This document shows positions 29,282 to 38,567 of a DNA stretch of 64,000 bases, one piece after another. The position numbers and the translations under genes were made by a program. The DNA is from Candidatus Latescibacterota bacterium (GTDB taxonomy: Bacteria; Latescibacterota; UBA2968; GCA-2709665). Numbering within the stretch: the stretch's first letter is position 1; each line of letters opens with the position of its first letter. The stretch covers positions 224,001-288,000 of the forward strand of contig OZ244937.1 in the NCBI GenBank assembly GCA_965222075.1, written 5' to 3'. The notes below the pieces were generated by a model. That model had not been told where the DNA came from, did no database searches, and worked only from the letters and a program-made list of their open reading frames with translations.

Positions 29282-30247
29282 ATGCGGAATATACTCTTGA
29301 TCGGATTGGCGGCGGTGCTCGCGGGTCTTTTCACGCCCACCCGGGGTCAGGCCGTATCCAAACAGGCGCCTCTGGGGGAAACCTACCTGGGCTTTATCGA
29401 AGTTCCCCAGGGGGCGCGGGGGGCCGCTGTGGGAGACGCGTACACGGGCATAACCGACGATGTCAGCTCCGTGTTCTGGAACGCGGCCGGACTCACCGCC
29501 ATGGCGAAAAACCGTTTCCAGTTTACGTTTACCAACACCCAGTGGATCGCCGATATGCAGCTGAACTCCGGGGTGGTGGGCATCAACACCGACTTCGGCG
29601 CCTTCGCCTTCAGCTTCGTGGCGTTTTCCACCGGTGACATCGAGGAGACGACGATCTTCAAGCCGGATGGCACGGGCCGCATGCTCGACACCGGGAACTG
29701 GGCCATCGGCGCGGCCTATGCCAAGCAGTTCACGGACCGCATGTCGGTTGGCGGGCAGTTCAGGGTCATCCAGGAAAAGCTGGACAAAGACTTCAGCTTC
29801 CGCGTATTTGACCTGGCCGTGGGGACGCTTTACCACACGGGGTTCCACAGCCTGCGCCTGGCGATGGCGCTTCGGAACTTCGGGCAGGACAAGACCCTGC
29901 TGCAAGATGACCAGCTCAAGGCCAAGATGCCCTCCTTCTTCAACCTGGCCGCGGCAGCGGAGGTGGTGGGCACCAAGGAAGATCCGGTCTACCTCACGAC
30001 CGCGTTCGAGTTGGTTTACGCCGTAGGCTTCGAGGAACGGATACACATGGGCGGGGAGCTCTGGCTTTGGAACATCCTGGCGCTGCGGGGTGGGTACAAG
30101 TGGAACTACGACTCCCAGGGCTTTACGGCCGGGGCGGGGGTGCGGCTGCAGCGGGGCGTCCACTACCTTCAGGCCGACTTTGCGTGGGTGGACTTCAACG
30201 GCATATTTGACGCCCCCCTCCGGTTTTCCGTGACCGGGTCCTTCTGA
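29282..30247 (+). CDS. PorV/PorQ (UPF0164)-family outer-membrane beta-barrel
   Basis: Signal peptide, FIEVPQGARGAAVGDAYTG...SVFWNAAGL, LALRGGYK, terminal Phe. Confidence 0.85.
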   Translation: MRNILLIGLAAVLAGLFTPTRGQAVSKQAPLGETYLGFIEVPQGARGAAVGDAYTGITDDVSSVFWNAAGLTAMAKNRFQFTFTNTQWIADMQLNSGVVGINTDFGAFAFSFVAFSTGDIEETTIFKPDGTGRMLDTGNWAIGAAYAKQFTDRMSVGGQFRVIQEKLDKDFSFRVFDLAVGTLYHTGFHSLRLAMALRNFGQDKTLLQDDQLKAKMPSFFNLAAAAEVVGTKEDPVYLTTAFELVYAVGFEERIHMGGELWLWNILALRGGYKWNYDSQGFTAGAGVRLQRGVHYLQADFAWVDFNGIFDAPLRFSVTGSF

Positions 30248-30248
30248 A

Positions 30249-30445
30249 GGCCGGCCGGTACCCGTATTCCAGCGCTCACTGCAACACCCACTCAAAGCTC
30301 CCGCGGCCGCTGGGCCCCCTCCAGCAATGGCTCGCGAGGGTCCAGTACGCCTCCGACGAGCGCCTCCACGAACATGTCCTCCTGGTCTGCGTAAACCTCT
30401 TGCAGCTTCTCCACGGAGGAGCACGTCGGGAGATACCCGTCTTCC
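30249..30445 (-). pseudogene. Inverted internal fragment of a third PHP/DUF3604-like gene
   Basis: Minus strand reads EVYADQEDMFVEALVGG...EPLLE/ASGRGSFEWVLQ*ALEYGYRPA, matching YADREDVILEAHVGG...EPLLEVASGHGSFEWVLQRALECGYRPA of 54252. Confidence 0.75.
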
Positions 30446-30448
30446 TAT

Positions 30449-30535
30449 CCGATCAGCATCTGCTGGTATTTCGAGTTCGAGATGCCCCGGATCCACTTGG
30501 ACTGGGGCTGGCGCGACTTCGGCTCCCGGCCCAAA
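30449..30535 (+). pseudogene. C-terminal fragment of a third PHP/DUF3604-like gene
   Basis: PISICWYFEFEMPRIHLDWGWRDFGSRP, nearly identical to 56358-56445. Confidence 0.85.
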
Positions 30536-30600
30536 CTCGTGGAGGTTGGAGCCCGGGAAAAGACCGCAGGAGATCCCAAGCAACTGCGCGGGAGCAGATC

Positions 30601-32607
30601 GTGGCTGAAGGTCTGGAGATAGCAGACGGGACAGGAGATGCAGCGCAAAGACCCGAGGTGGCGGACCGGCGTGACCCCGGCGTGACGCCTCGGTCGATCG
30701 CCTTCGGGCTGTGTCTTTCCGTCGCAGTGAGCCTGCTGGCCAACTCGGTCCGCTATATCTTCCACGGATCCTACATGGCCTTCAGCCAGCTGCCCATGTC
30801 GAATCTGATCCTCTTCCTGCTGTCGCTCCTGGGATGTGCCCTGCTGGCCCGGTGGTTTGGCGGCCGGTGGGCCTTCTCCCCGGCGGAGTGGATCACCGTC
30901 TTCTGCCTGGGGTTCACCAGCACGCTGGGACCCACCTATGGGATCAGCGGCACGCTGATCGGCATGATTGGAACGCCCTATTACTTCGCAACACCGGAGA
31001 ACCGGTGGGCGGAGTTCATTCACCCCCACCTGCCCTCCTGGCTGATCCCCAAAAACGACGGCGGCGCGATGACCTGGTTCTACGAGGGGCTTCCCGCCGG
31101 AGCGTCGATTCCCTGGGACGCCTGGCTGGTCCCGCTGTTCTGGTGGTTCGCCTTCTTCTGCGCCCTGGGGTTGGCCTGCGCCTGTGTTTCCATCATCATC
31201 CACCGGCAGTGGTCGGAGCACGAAAAGGTCGTCTATCCCATGATGGTGCCCGTCGTGGAGATGGCGAGTGGGGGCGGGACCGGGAAGCGGGCCCTGCCGG
31301 AGTTCATGAAGGGAAAGCTCTTCTGGACGGGATTCGGGATGACCACTTTCGTTTTCTGGTGGAACATGATCTCCTGGTTCTACCCACAGTTCCCGACCTT
31401 CCCGACGGCGCAGGGGACCTGGCTCTGGCTGCCGAGCAAGTATCCCCCGGTGTTGATCTTCCTGAGCACCGTGGTCCTCTGCTTTGCCTATTTTGCCAGC
31501 CTGGAAGTCCTGCTGAGCATCTGGGTGTTCGACCTGCTGTTCGTCATCGAGGGGGGGGTCCTCAACCGGCTGGGGGTCGCCGCCACCACGCCGCACTACG
31601 CGACCGGGCGCTACACCTGGCAATCGACCGGGGCCTTCACCGCCCTGGTACTCTGGTGGCTCTGGATGTCCCGGGGACACCTCCGGGCAGCCTTCCAGAA
31701 GGCCCTGCACCCTGGCCGTTCTCCGATGGACGACAGCCGGGAGCTGCTCTCCTACCGGGGTGCGTTTATCGGTCTGACCGTCAGCTGTCTCTACATCGTT
31801 GCGTGGCTGGCAAAGGCGGGCATGGAAGGGAAACTCATCGTCCTGTTGATCCCGACCATGTTCCTTATCTATCTCGGCCTGGCCAAGGTGCTGGCCGAAT
31901 CGGGGATGCTCTTCATCAGACCGCCCACCCCGGCCGGCAGGCTTTCCATTCTTGCCTTCGGAAGCGACTCTGCTTTGCAGGTATCCACCCACACCATCCT
32001 CGCCCTGTGCTGGCAGCCGCTCAACCATTTCAAAGGATTTGCCGTAACGGTGATGGTCCACGTGAACCGCCTGGGCGATTTTGTTCCGAAGGACAAACGC
32101 CGGCTCTTCTGGGGGATCTGCGCGGCGTTCGTGATCGGAATGGTCGCCTCCACGTTCTATACCATCTGGCTGGGCTACACGATCGGAGGATACAACTTTC
32201 TGCCCAACTGGCTGACTTTTGCAGGCAGGTGGACGTATCGGCGGGCCATCAACAGGATCGTAAGCCCCACCCCTTTGGAAACGGAGGATTATCTGTTCTT
32301 TATTGGCGGAGCGGCCGCGATGATCGCCCTGAATCTGATGCGGTACCGCTTCACGTGGTGGCCGCTGCATCCGGTCGGGTTTGCGCTTTCGGGCACCTCG
32401 CTGTTCCACCGGACGAGTACAACGATCTTCATCGCGTGGCTGGCCAAATTCCTTACGATCAGGCTGGCCGGCGCATCGTTCTACCGGAAATCGAAGCCGC
32501 TTTTCATCGGGCTGCTGGCCGGCTTCATCTTAGCCGTGGCGGCAGGCATCGTAGTGGACGCCATCTGGTTCCCGAGCCGGGGGCACATTGTGCACAAGCC
32601 GCACTGA
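30601..32607 (+). CDS. DUF6785/DUF6784-like polytopic membrane protein (putative permease), copy 1
   Basis: Many hydrophobic segments, PYYFATPENRW, HRQWSEHEK..YP, RYRFTWWPLHPVGF. Start codon uncertain (GTG 30601 or 30658). Confidence 0.8.
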   Translation: MAEGLEIADGTGDAAQRPEVADRRDPGVTPRSIAFGLCLSVAVSLLANSVRYIFHGSYMAFSQLPMSNLILFLLSLLGCALLARWFGGRWAFSPAEWITVFCLGFTSTLGPTYGISGTLIGMIGTPYYFATPENRWAEFIHPHLPSWLIPKNDGGAMTWFYEGLPAGASIPWDAWLVPLFWWFAFFCALGLACACVSIIIHRQWSEHEKVVYPMMVPVVEMASGGGTGKRALPEFMKGKLFWTGFGMTTFVFWWNMISWFYPQFPTFPTAQGTWLWLPSKYPPVLIFLSTVVLCFAYFASLEVLLSIWVFDLLFVIEGGVLNRLGVAATTPHYATGRYTWQSTGAFTALVLWWLWMSRGHLRAAFQKALHPGRSPMDDSRELLSYRGAFIGLTVSCLYIVAWLAKAGMEGKLIVLLIPTMFLIYLGLAKVLAESGMLFIRPPTPAGRLSILAFGSDSALQVSTHTILALCWQPLNHFKGFAVTVMVHVNRLGDFVPKDKRRLFWGICAAFVIGMVASTFYTIWLGYTIGGYNFLPNWLTFAGRWTYRRAINRIVSPTPLETEDYLFFIGGAAAMIALNLMRYRFTWWPLHPVGFALSGTSLFHRTSTTIFIAWLAKFLTIRLAGASFYRKSKPLFIGLLAGFILAVAAGIVVDAIWFPSRGHIVHKPH

Positions 32608-32629
32608 GGATTCAGGGAGATAGAGGAAG

Positions 32630-34138
32630 TTGACGCGCTATCTCGAGTTCGTTCAGGCAGCGATGCAGACCCTTCTGGAGCGTCAGTCGGCCCGCCTGGG
32701 TGGGGAACCGGACGGCACGCTGTGCATTACGGTGACAAGGCGGTCCAGCAAGACCAACCGGCGCGTACAGGTGACGAGGGAAGGGGCGTTTCGGGCTTCC
32801 AGCCTGGTCGTCGAACAGCCGGTGGAGCAGAAGCCCTACCGGCTGGATCTGCACATGTGGCCGGTGCTGGAGCTGTTGTCAGACGTGACCGGCGATCCGA
32901 AGTACCGACAGATGGCTATCGATATGGCCATCGCCACCGCGCGCTATGGATTCGAGCCGGTTTCAGGACTGGGCTACCTGGGAGTGACGGCCGAGTTCGA
33001 CGTGCTGCAGCTTCGACCCGTGGCCGAGTCAAGCCGGACAAAGCCGCTTTTCAAACCCGGTCCGGACCTGCCACTGGACAGGCTGTGGACGCAGGCCCCC
33101 GAACAGATGGCGCGCATGTTCAAGTCGGCCTATTACGCCCTGATCACCCGGCCCGGGGATATGGCCTACAACCGGACCTGCCCCTATGGGTTCAACGCCT
33201 CGAAGAAGCAGCCGGCCCTGGGTTTCAATTCCCAGCACGTGGGGTTCGCGCAGACCGGAGCGACGCTGATCCTCTGGTGGGGGTATCTCTTTGTGCGGAC
33301 GGGTGATGCCGAGTGCCTGGCGTGGGCGCAGGCAATGGCGGACAAGTGGCAGGCGGTGCAGCACCCGGACTCGGGTCTGGTGCCCCACTGCTTTGGCAGT
33401 GATCGGAGCGGAGAGCCCGTGCAGCCGCCCTGGGAGTACGCCAACAGCGAGGAGACGACGACGGGGATCCTGCTGCTTCAAGCTGCCTCGGAACTCGAAA
33501 AGCGTCCGGAAGGAAGGGCGCTTGCGGAGCAGATGAGAGGGATGGCAGAGCGGCTGCTGCACGGTATTGCTCGATATGGTTACGATTCCGAGAAGCGGAT
33601 CTTTCCCCAGTGGCTGTATCTGGACGGACGCGTCCCCCGGAAGACGGTATTCTATACCTTTCCCTCGCAGGAAGAGAAGGACCGGGCCATAAAGCAGGAC
33701 CCCCTGCTGGAGGAGGTGGTGGTCTATCCCGGGTCAGGTTTTTACACGGCGGGCCCTTGGGCGCTGGGTGTAAATAACCCAGTTCCTCTCCACCTTGCTC
33801 TGGCGGCCACGTGGATGGGTGATGCCGATCTGCTGGCGCGAGTTTCTGCGCTTGTTGCGGACATTATGGCGGAGGCGGAAGGACGCGCATCGGAGTTCAA
33901 TGCCCTGGATCAATGGACGTATCCGGCGACCGCCGGGTACATAAAGACGATGCTGATTCTTTATGATGCAAAGAAAGAAACGCATTATCTGGATTTTGCC
34001 AGGAGGCTGGCCGATATGGAGCTGGAATTTCTGAATCGGCCGATGCCGGAGGGAAAGCCGGAGTGGTGGCAAATGCCGTTCCGGAGCGAGCTGCTGGAGG
34101 CGCTGCTCCTATTGCACCGAGAGCTGGTTGAGGTGTAA
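32630..34138 (+). CDS. Alpha/alpha-barrel protein, distant PL2 pectate-lyase-like
   Basis: LLSDVTGDPKYRQMA...SGLGYLG...FDV..L, RTGDAECLAWA, YLDFARRLAD recall PL2/six-hairpin repeats. No signal peptide. Confidence 0.55.
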   Translation: MTRYLEFVQAAMQTLLERQSARLGGEPDGTLCITVTRRSSKTNRRVQVTREGAFRASSLVVEQPVEQKPYRLDLHMWPVLELLSDVTGDPKYRQMAIDMAIATARYGFEPVSGLGYLGVTAEFDVLQLRPVAESSRTKPLFKPGPDLPLDRLWTQAPEQMARMFKSAYYALITRPGDMAYNRTCPYGFNASKKQPALGFNSQHVGFAQTGATLILWWGYLFVRTGDAECLAWAQAMADKWQAVQHPDSGLVPHCFGSDRSGEPVQPPWEYANSEETTTGILLLQAASELEKRPEGRALAEQMRGMAERLLHGIARYGYDSEKRIFPQWLYLDGRVPRKTVFYTFPSQEEKDRAIKQDPLLEEVVVYPGSGFYTAGPWALGVNNPVPLHLALAATWMGDADLLARVSALVADIMAEAEGRASEFNALDQWTYPATAGYIKTMLILYDAKKETHYLDFARRLADMELEFLNRPMPEGKPEWWQMPFRSELLEALLLLHRELVEV

Positions 34139-34155
34139 ACCGGAGACAGGTCTTT

Positions 34156-34168
34156 GGGGGGGGGGGGG
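34156..34168 (+). repeat. G13 homopolymer tract
   Basis: 13 consecutive G in the intergenic region about 100 nt before ATG 34267. Confidence 0.85.
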
Positions 34169-34266
34169 ACGGAAACGGATGAAAGGGAGATTTCACGTCT
34201 TGCGCAAGCCCTGTGACGGGGGGCGGAAATCCCGGGAAACCTGCAGGGGAGACAGGAGGCCACCCG

Positions 34267-35727
34267 ATGAACGTTGTTCTCATTATCGGCGATCGACATA
34301 ACCCGGAGTTCGCCGGCTGTTACGGCAATCCCATCACCCGCACGCCCCACATCGACACCATCGCCGAACGGGGCGCACGGTTCGACAGTGCTTACTGCAT
34401 CAGCCCTCTCTGTGTACCGGCGCGGGCGGCCATGATGAGCGGGCGCTACGTTCACGAGATCGGAAACTGGGACAATGCCTTTCCCTACACCGGCGTTCCC
34501 CGAGGTTGGGGACATTTCTTTGCCGAGCAGGGGGTGCAGTTGACCACGGTGGGCAAGCTGGACTTCAAGCCGGAGGCGGACCACGGTGTTCAGGAGGAGC
34601 GCCTGCCCTCTCACCGGGAGAGCCTGGACCCGCATTCTCTTTACCGTGAACAGGGTGTTCAAAGGCGCTACCACCACCTGCACCGGTTGCGTCTGGCCGG
34701 CCCGGCCGATGCGTCCAAGGAGGGATCGCGGGACGTTCAAGTGGCGGAGGATGCGGCCTGGTGGATTGCGGAGGAACGTCCGGCTGCCCGCCCTTGGATC
34801 CTGAGCGTCAACTTCAACGACCTCCACCGCTGGACTCCCGCACAGGAGCGCTGGGACTACTACGACCCCTTGGTCAAACTGGAGGATCTGGACGAACGCT
34901 ACGCTGAAGACCATTCGTATCTCCACCCCCATCATCGGGCGTGGGGTCACCGCAGTTGTGGAGACCTGATCCAGCCCGAAGAGCTTCGTCGGGGCCTGGT
35001 GGGCTATCACGGCATGTGCGAGACGATGGATCAAAACGTGGGCCGCGTGCTGCAGGCCCTGGAGGAGACGGGCATACTGGAGGAGACCCTTGTGATCTAC
35101 GCTTCGGACCACGGTGGGAGCTGCGGGGCGCACCGGATGCTGGACTACGGGTCCATGTATGACGACTCGATTCGCGTCCTTTTCGTTGCCGCAGGACCCG
35201 GCCTCCGCCCTGGAGCGGTGGAATCCATGCCGGTTTCCCACCACGACATGTATGCCACCATCTGTGAGGCCGTGGGCTTTGAGATGCCCGAACATATGCG
35301 GGGCGTCTCTCTGATGGGCCTGCTCCGAGGGGAGAAGGATGCATTGAAGCCCGCCTTCACGTTGTCAGAATATCACGGAGCCGGCTTTCCCAGCGGACTG
35401 TTCGCAGTTCGTTCCGGGCCGTACAAGCTTATCGAGTGTGTGGGCGAGCGTCCCATACTCTTCAACCTGGAGAAGGATCCCCACGAGATGCACGACTTGG
35501 TCTTGGAGCAAGGTGAGGATGCCGAAGTAAAGGCCACGGTCCGCTTGCTGCGGGCGATGCTCTGCAACATCTGTTCGCCAGAGGCCGTGGATGCGCGGGC
35601 GAAGGCGGACCAGCGGGAGCTCCGGCAGGAGCTGACCGAGAGCGGCCAGATCCTCCACGAGCTGTGGAGACGCGGGTACGAGCGGGATCCCGATCGAATG
35701 GTCTCCCGGCAGGAATTCATCGTGTAG
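34267..35727 (+). CDS. Sulfatase-family protein, sister paralog 2
   Basis: MNVVLIIGDRH, PLCVPARAAMMSG, GKLDF, ASDHGG. Confidence 0.92.
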   Translation: MNVVLIIGDRHNPEFAGCYGNPITRTPHIDTIAERGARFDSAYCISPLCVPARAAMMSGRYVHEIGNWDNAFPYTGVPRGWGHFFAEQGVQLTTVGKLDFKPEADHGVQEERLPSHRESLDPHSLYREQGVQRRYHHLHRLRLAGPADASKEGSRDVQVAEDAAWWIAEERPAARPWILSVNFNDLHRWTPAQERWDYYDPLVKLEDLDERYAEDHSYLHPHHRAWGHRSCGDLIQPEELRRGLVGYHGMCETMDQNVGRVLQALEETGILEETLVIYASDHGGSCGAHRMLDYGSMYDDSIRVLFVAAGPGLRPGAVESMPVSHHDMYATICEAVGFEMPEHMRGVSLMGLLRGEKDALKPAFTLSEYHGAGFPSGLFAVRSGPYKLIECVGERPILFNLEKDPHEMHDLVLEQGEDAEVKATVRLLRAMLCNICSPEAVDARAKADQRELRQELTESGQILHELWRRGYERDPDRMVSRQEFIV

Positions 35728-35735
35728 AAGGTGCA

Positions 35736-36659
35736 ATGGCGCAAGAACCTCTTTATGTGTGTATGACGATGGACGTGGAGCGGGCCTGTGAGGCCTGTGG
35801 AAGGGGGGGACCGCCTACGTGGGAGTTCGCCGAACGGTCGGTGCGGTCCTACTGCGGGCTTCTGGCCGAACATGGATTTCCCGCAACGTTGTTCGTGGTG
35901 CCTGATACTGCGACAGAACAGGGACGGATGTTGCTGGACGTGGCCCGGGAGACCGGAGCGGAACTGGGTATGCACATTCACCCACAACTCTGGAGGGATC
36001 ACTACAAACATCCGGAAGCCTGCGACTATCTGGGCGGCTATCCGGCGGAGGCGCAGTACCAAATGCTATCAGAAGCGTTGGAACAGGTAAGCGAGGGTAT
36101 CGGGATGAAGCCCAGAGCGTTCCGTCCGGGAAACTGTTCGGCCAACGACGACACCTTTGGCGTACTGGTGGAACTGGGGTTCACGCACGGAAGCGTGAGT
36201 CAGCCCGGGCGCGCAGTCTCCCGGGTAAAAGCGGTCTGGCAGGACGCGTGTCCTGACGTGCATCGGGCACACCGAGCCTTTCGCATGGTACCGGGGGACC
36301 TGGATTTTATCGAGGTTCCGATCACAAGCGACCGGAAACGGACCGATCACTGGACAGGGGTTGGCGACGTGCGGTTTGAACGAACAACCCCAAAATCGCT
36401 GACACAGGCGGTGCGCCAGGAAGTGTTCCGGCAGGTGGAGCAGAAGACCTCTCTCAAGCACGTCTGTCTGTTTACACACAACACGTTCAACTACTGGTCA
36501 GCGGAAGACTCAGAAGAGGGGAAGCGGGGAGTGGTGGAGGCGACGATTCCCGGGCTCCGAGAGATTGCGGACGAGTTTGGGCTGGAGGTAAAAGGGGCGA
36601 CAATTGCCCAGGTGCGGGAGGCGTTTCTGGAGGTGGAAAAGTTGAGCGAAAAAGGTTGA
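35736..36659 (+). CDS. Polysaccharide deacetylase (NodB-like) family protein
   Basis: TMDVE, PATLFV, ELGMHIHP, AFRPG. Confidence 0.85.
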   Translation: MAQEPLYVCMTMDVERACEACGRGGPPTWEFAERSVRSYCGLLAEHGFPATLFVVPDTATEQGRMLLDVARETGAELGMHIHPQLWRDHYKHPEACDYLGGYPAEAQYQMLSEALEQVSEGIGMKPRAFRPGNCSANDDTFGVLVELGFTHGSVSQPGRAVSRVKAVWQDACPDVHRAHRAFRMVPGDLDFIEVPITSDRKRTDHWTGVGDVRFERTTPKSLTQAVRQEVFRQVEQKTSLKHVCLFTHNTFNYWSAEDSEEGKRGVVEATIPGLREIADEFGLEVKGATIAQVREAFLEVEKLSEKG

Positions 36660-36661
36660 GT

Positions 36662-38494
36662 ATGGCCAGGAAAAACACAGAGCCGATATGTGTGTTACGG
36701 CGGCGGTGTCCGGAGGCGCCGTTCAATGCTTACGTGGAGGAAATCCTCCAGATGGAGGGGTATTTCTGTTACCGGGTGGAGGATGTGACGGACCGGGAGA
36801 TCGAAGATGGGGTGCTGAGGGATGTTCCGGTGGCGCTGCTGACGCGGATGGCGCTGTTGGAAGGGGAGATGGAGGCGCTTGCTCGCTACGTGGAGCGGGG
36901 AGGGAGGCTGATCGCGTTTCGGCCGCCGGCGGCGCTGGCGGGGCTGTTTGGGGTGTCGGAGGTGAAGGGGGTGCAGGGGACCTATAGTCTGGCGTGCGAG
37001 GGGTTTGTGGTGGTGGACCGGGAGCATCATCCGGCCACGAGGGGGTTTCCGGAGAGCGGGATGCAGTTCAAGGGAGACGCGGAGCTTTACATGCCCGAGG
37101 AGGCGAACCGGGTGGCGTCGTTTTGTACGGAGCCGGAGGGGTTGTTGCCGTTTGCGGGGGTGTCGGTGTGGTATCGTGGGGGAGGGGCGGCTGTGCTGTT
37201 TGCGTATGATGTGGTGGAGACGGTGGTGAAGCTGCACCAGGGGAACCCGGAACAGGCGTCGGACGGGAGCCGGCCGGACGCGGACCGGGATAACAAGTAT
37301 ACACAGAACGACCACTTCGTGGGTGAGACGGACCCTCGGATGAAGCTGGTGCCGCAGGCGGATCTGCACCAGGACCTGCTGGTGCGGATGCTGCGGTATG
37401 TGACGGACGATGCGCTACCGCTGCTGCGGGTGTGGCACTACCCGGAGGGGAAGCCGTCGGCGGTGTTTCTGAATGGGGACAGCGACGGGATGGTGGATGG
37501 GGACCTGCAGCGGCTGGAGGGGCTGATCCGCCGGTATCGGGCGCAGTTTACGGTATATGTGATGGAAGAGCATTTTCGTCTGTTTCCGGGGGGTGCGATA
37601 CAGGATTTGAAGGGTCGGGGTCTGGACTTTGGTCCGCACCCGTTTTGTGGGAGTCGGAAGCCGACGGTGGAGGAGATGGGGTGTCACCTGGAGACGATCT
37701 CGCGGGATTTCGAGCGGCACTTCGGATACCGCGCCACGAGCACGCGCAACCACAATGTTGTGTGTCCCGGGTGGACGGGGACGTTCGAACATCTGAGCCG
37801 GCTGGGTTACCGGATCGATACGAACCACATTCCGACCCGTCACTTTTATCCGGGGTATCTGTCGGGGAGCGGTCTGCCGTTCCGGTGTATCGACCGAAAC
37901 GGGAAGGTGGTGGATATCTACGAGCAGAACACGATCTTGATCGATGATTCGAAGCTTCACAAACTGCTGCAGCCAACCATGTCGCTGGATGAGGCGCTGG
38001 AGGTGGAGCAGAGCGTGTTCACAGACTGTGTGGAGCGCTACCACACGGTTTTTCACCACTACTTCCACCCACGCTCACAGCAGGATGGGCACTCGAACAA
38101 GTACGGGTATCCCGATGGAAACTACCCGGCGAAGGCACTCTGTCAGGCGCTGAAGCTGACGCGGGAGCACGGGCTTTCCACGTTCACGGGGGAGGCGTGG
38201 GCGGCCTTCAACGACGGGAGGCGGGCGGTGCGGATCCGGGTGCTGGAGGCGAGCGGCGGGCGCTGTGGGTTTGAGGTGGCGTCGGAGCGGGATGTGGAGG
38301 GGCTGACGCTGATGCTGCCGGGGTGGAGCGACGGGCGGGAGCTGTTGTCGGTGACGGTGGACGGACGGTGCGCTCAGGTCAGATCCGAGCAGTGGGAAGG
38401 GCTGCCCTGGGGGATCTGGACAATGGATGTCAAGGCGGACCATGAGTACAGGGTAGAGGGGTTGTACGGAGAGGGCAAGCAAGCATTGCTGTGA
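36662..38494 (+). CDS. Hypothetical protein with GATase/beta-galactosidase-trimerisation-like N-terminus and deacetylase-like TIM domain
   Basis: LARYVERGGRLI, then NGDSD, FGPHP, TRNH, DTN, YFHP metal-site-like motifs. Confidence 0.6.
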   Translation: MARKNTEPICVLRRRCPEAPFNAYVEEILQMEGYFCYRVEDVTDREIEDGVLRDVPVALLTRMALLEGEMEALARYVERGGRLIAFRPPAALAGLFGVSEVKGVQGTYSLACEGFVVVDREHHPATRGFPESGMQFKGDAELYMPEEANRVASFCTEPEGLLPFAGVSVWYRGGGAAVLFAYDVVETVVKLHQGNPEQASDGSRPDADRDNKYTQNDHFVGETDPRMKLVPQADLHQDLLVRMLRYVTDDALPLLRVWHYPEGKPSAVFLNGDSDGMVDGDLQRLEGLIRRYRAQFTVYVMEEHFRLFPGGAIQDLKGRGLDFGPHPFCGSRKPTVEEMGCHLETISRDFERHFGYRATSTRNHNVVCPGWTGTFEHLSRLGYRIDTNHIPTRHFYPGYLSGSGLPFRCIDRNGKVVDIYEQNTILIDDSKLHKLLQPTMSLDEALEVEQSVFTDCVERYHTVFHHYFHPRSQQDGHSNKYGYPDGNYPAKALCQALKLTREHGLSTFTGEAWAAFNDGRRAVRIRVLEASGGRCGFEVASERDVEGLTLMLPGWSDGRELLSVTVDGRCAQVRSEQWEGLPWGIWTMDVKADHEYRVEGLYGEGKQALL

Positions 38495-38567
38495 TCCAGT
38501 CCCTGCGCACGCATGCGATCAGCGTGGTGCACCTGTGGGGCGACGTGGCGGATATGGACGAAAATCT

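Noticed and set aside
30638-30690. Out-of-frame ATG plus an 11-nt-period repeat (CCGGCGTGAC twice) at the start of permease copy 1, suggesting a slippage switch
   Set aside because: In-frame GTG starts exist, the AGGAG is too close to that ATG, and two GC-rich units can arise by chance.
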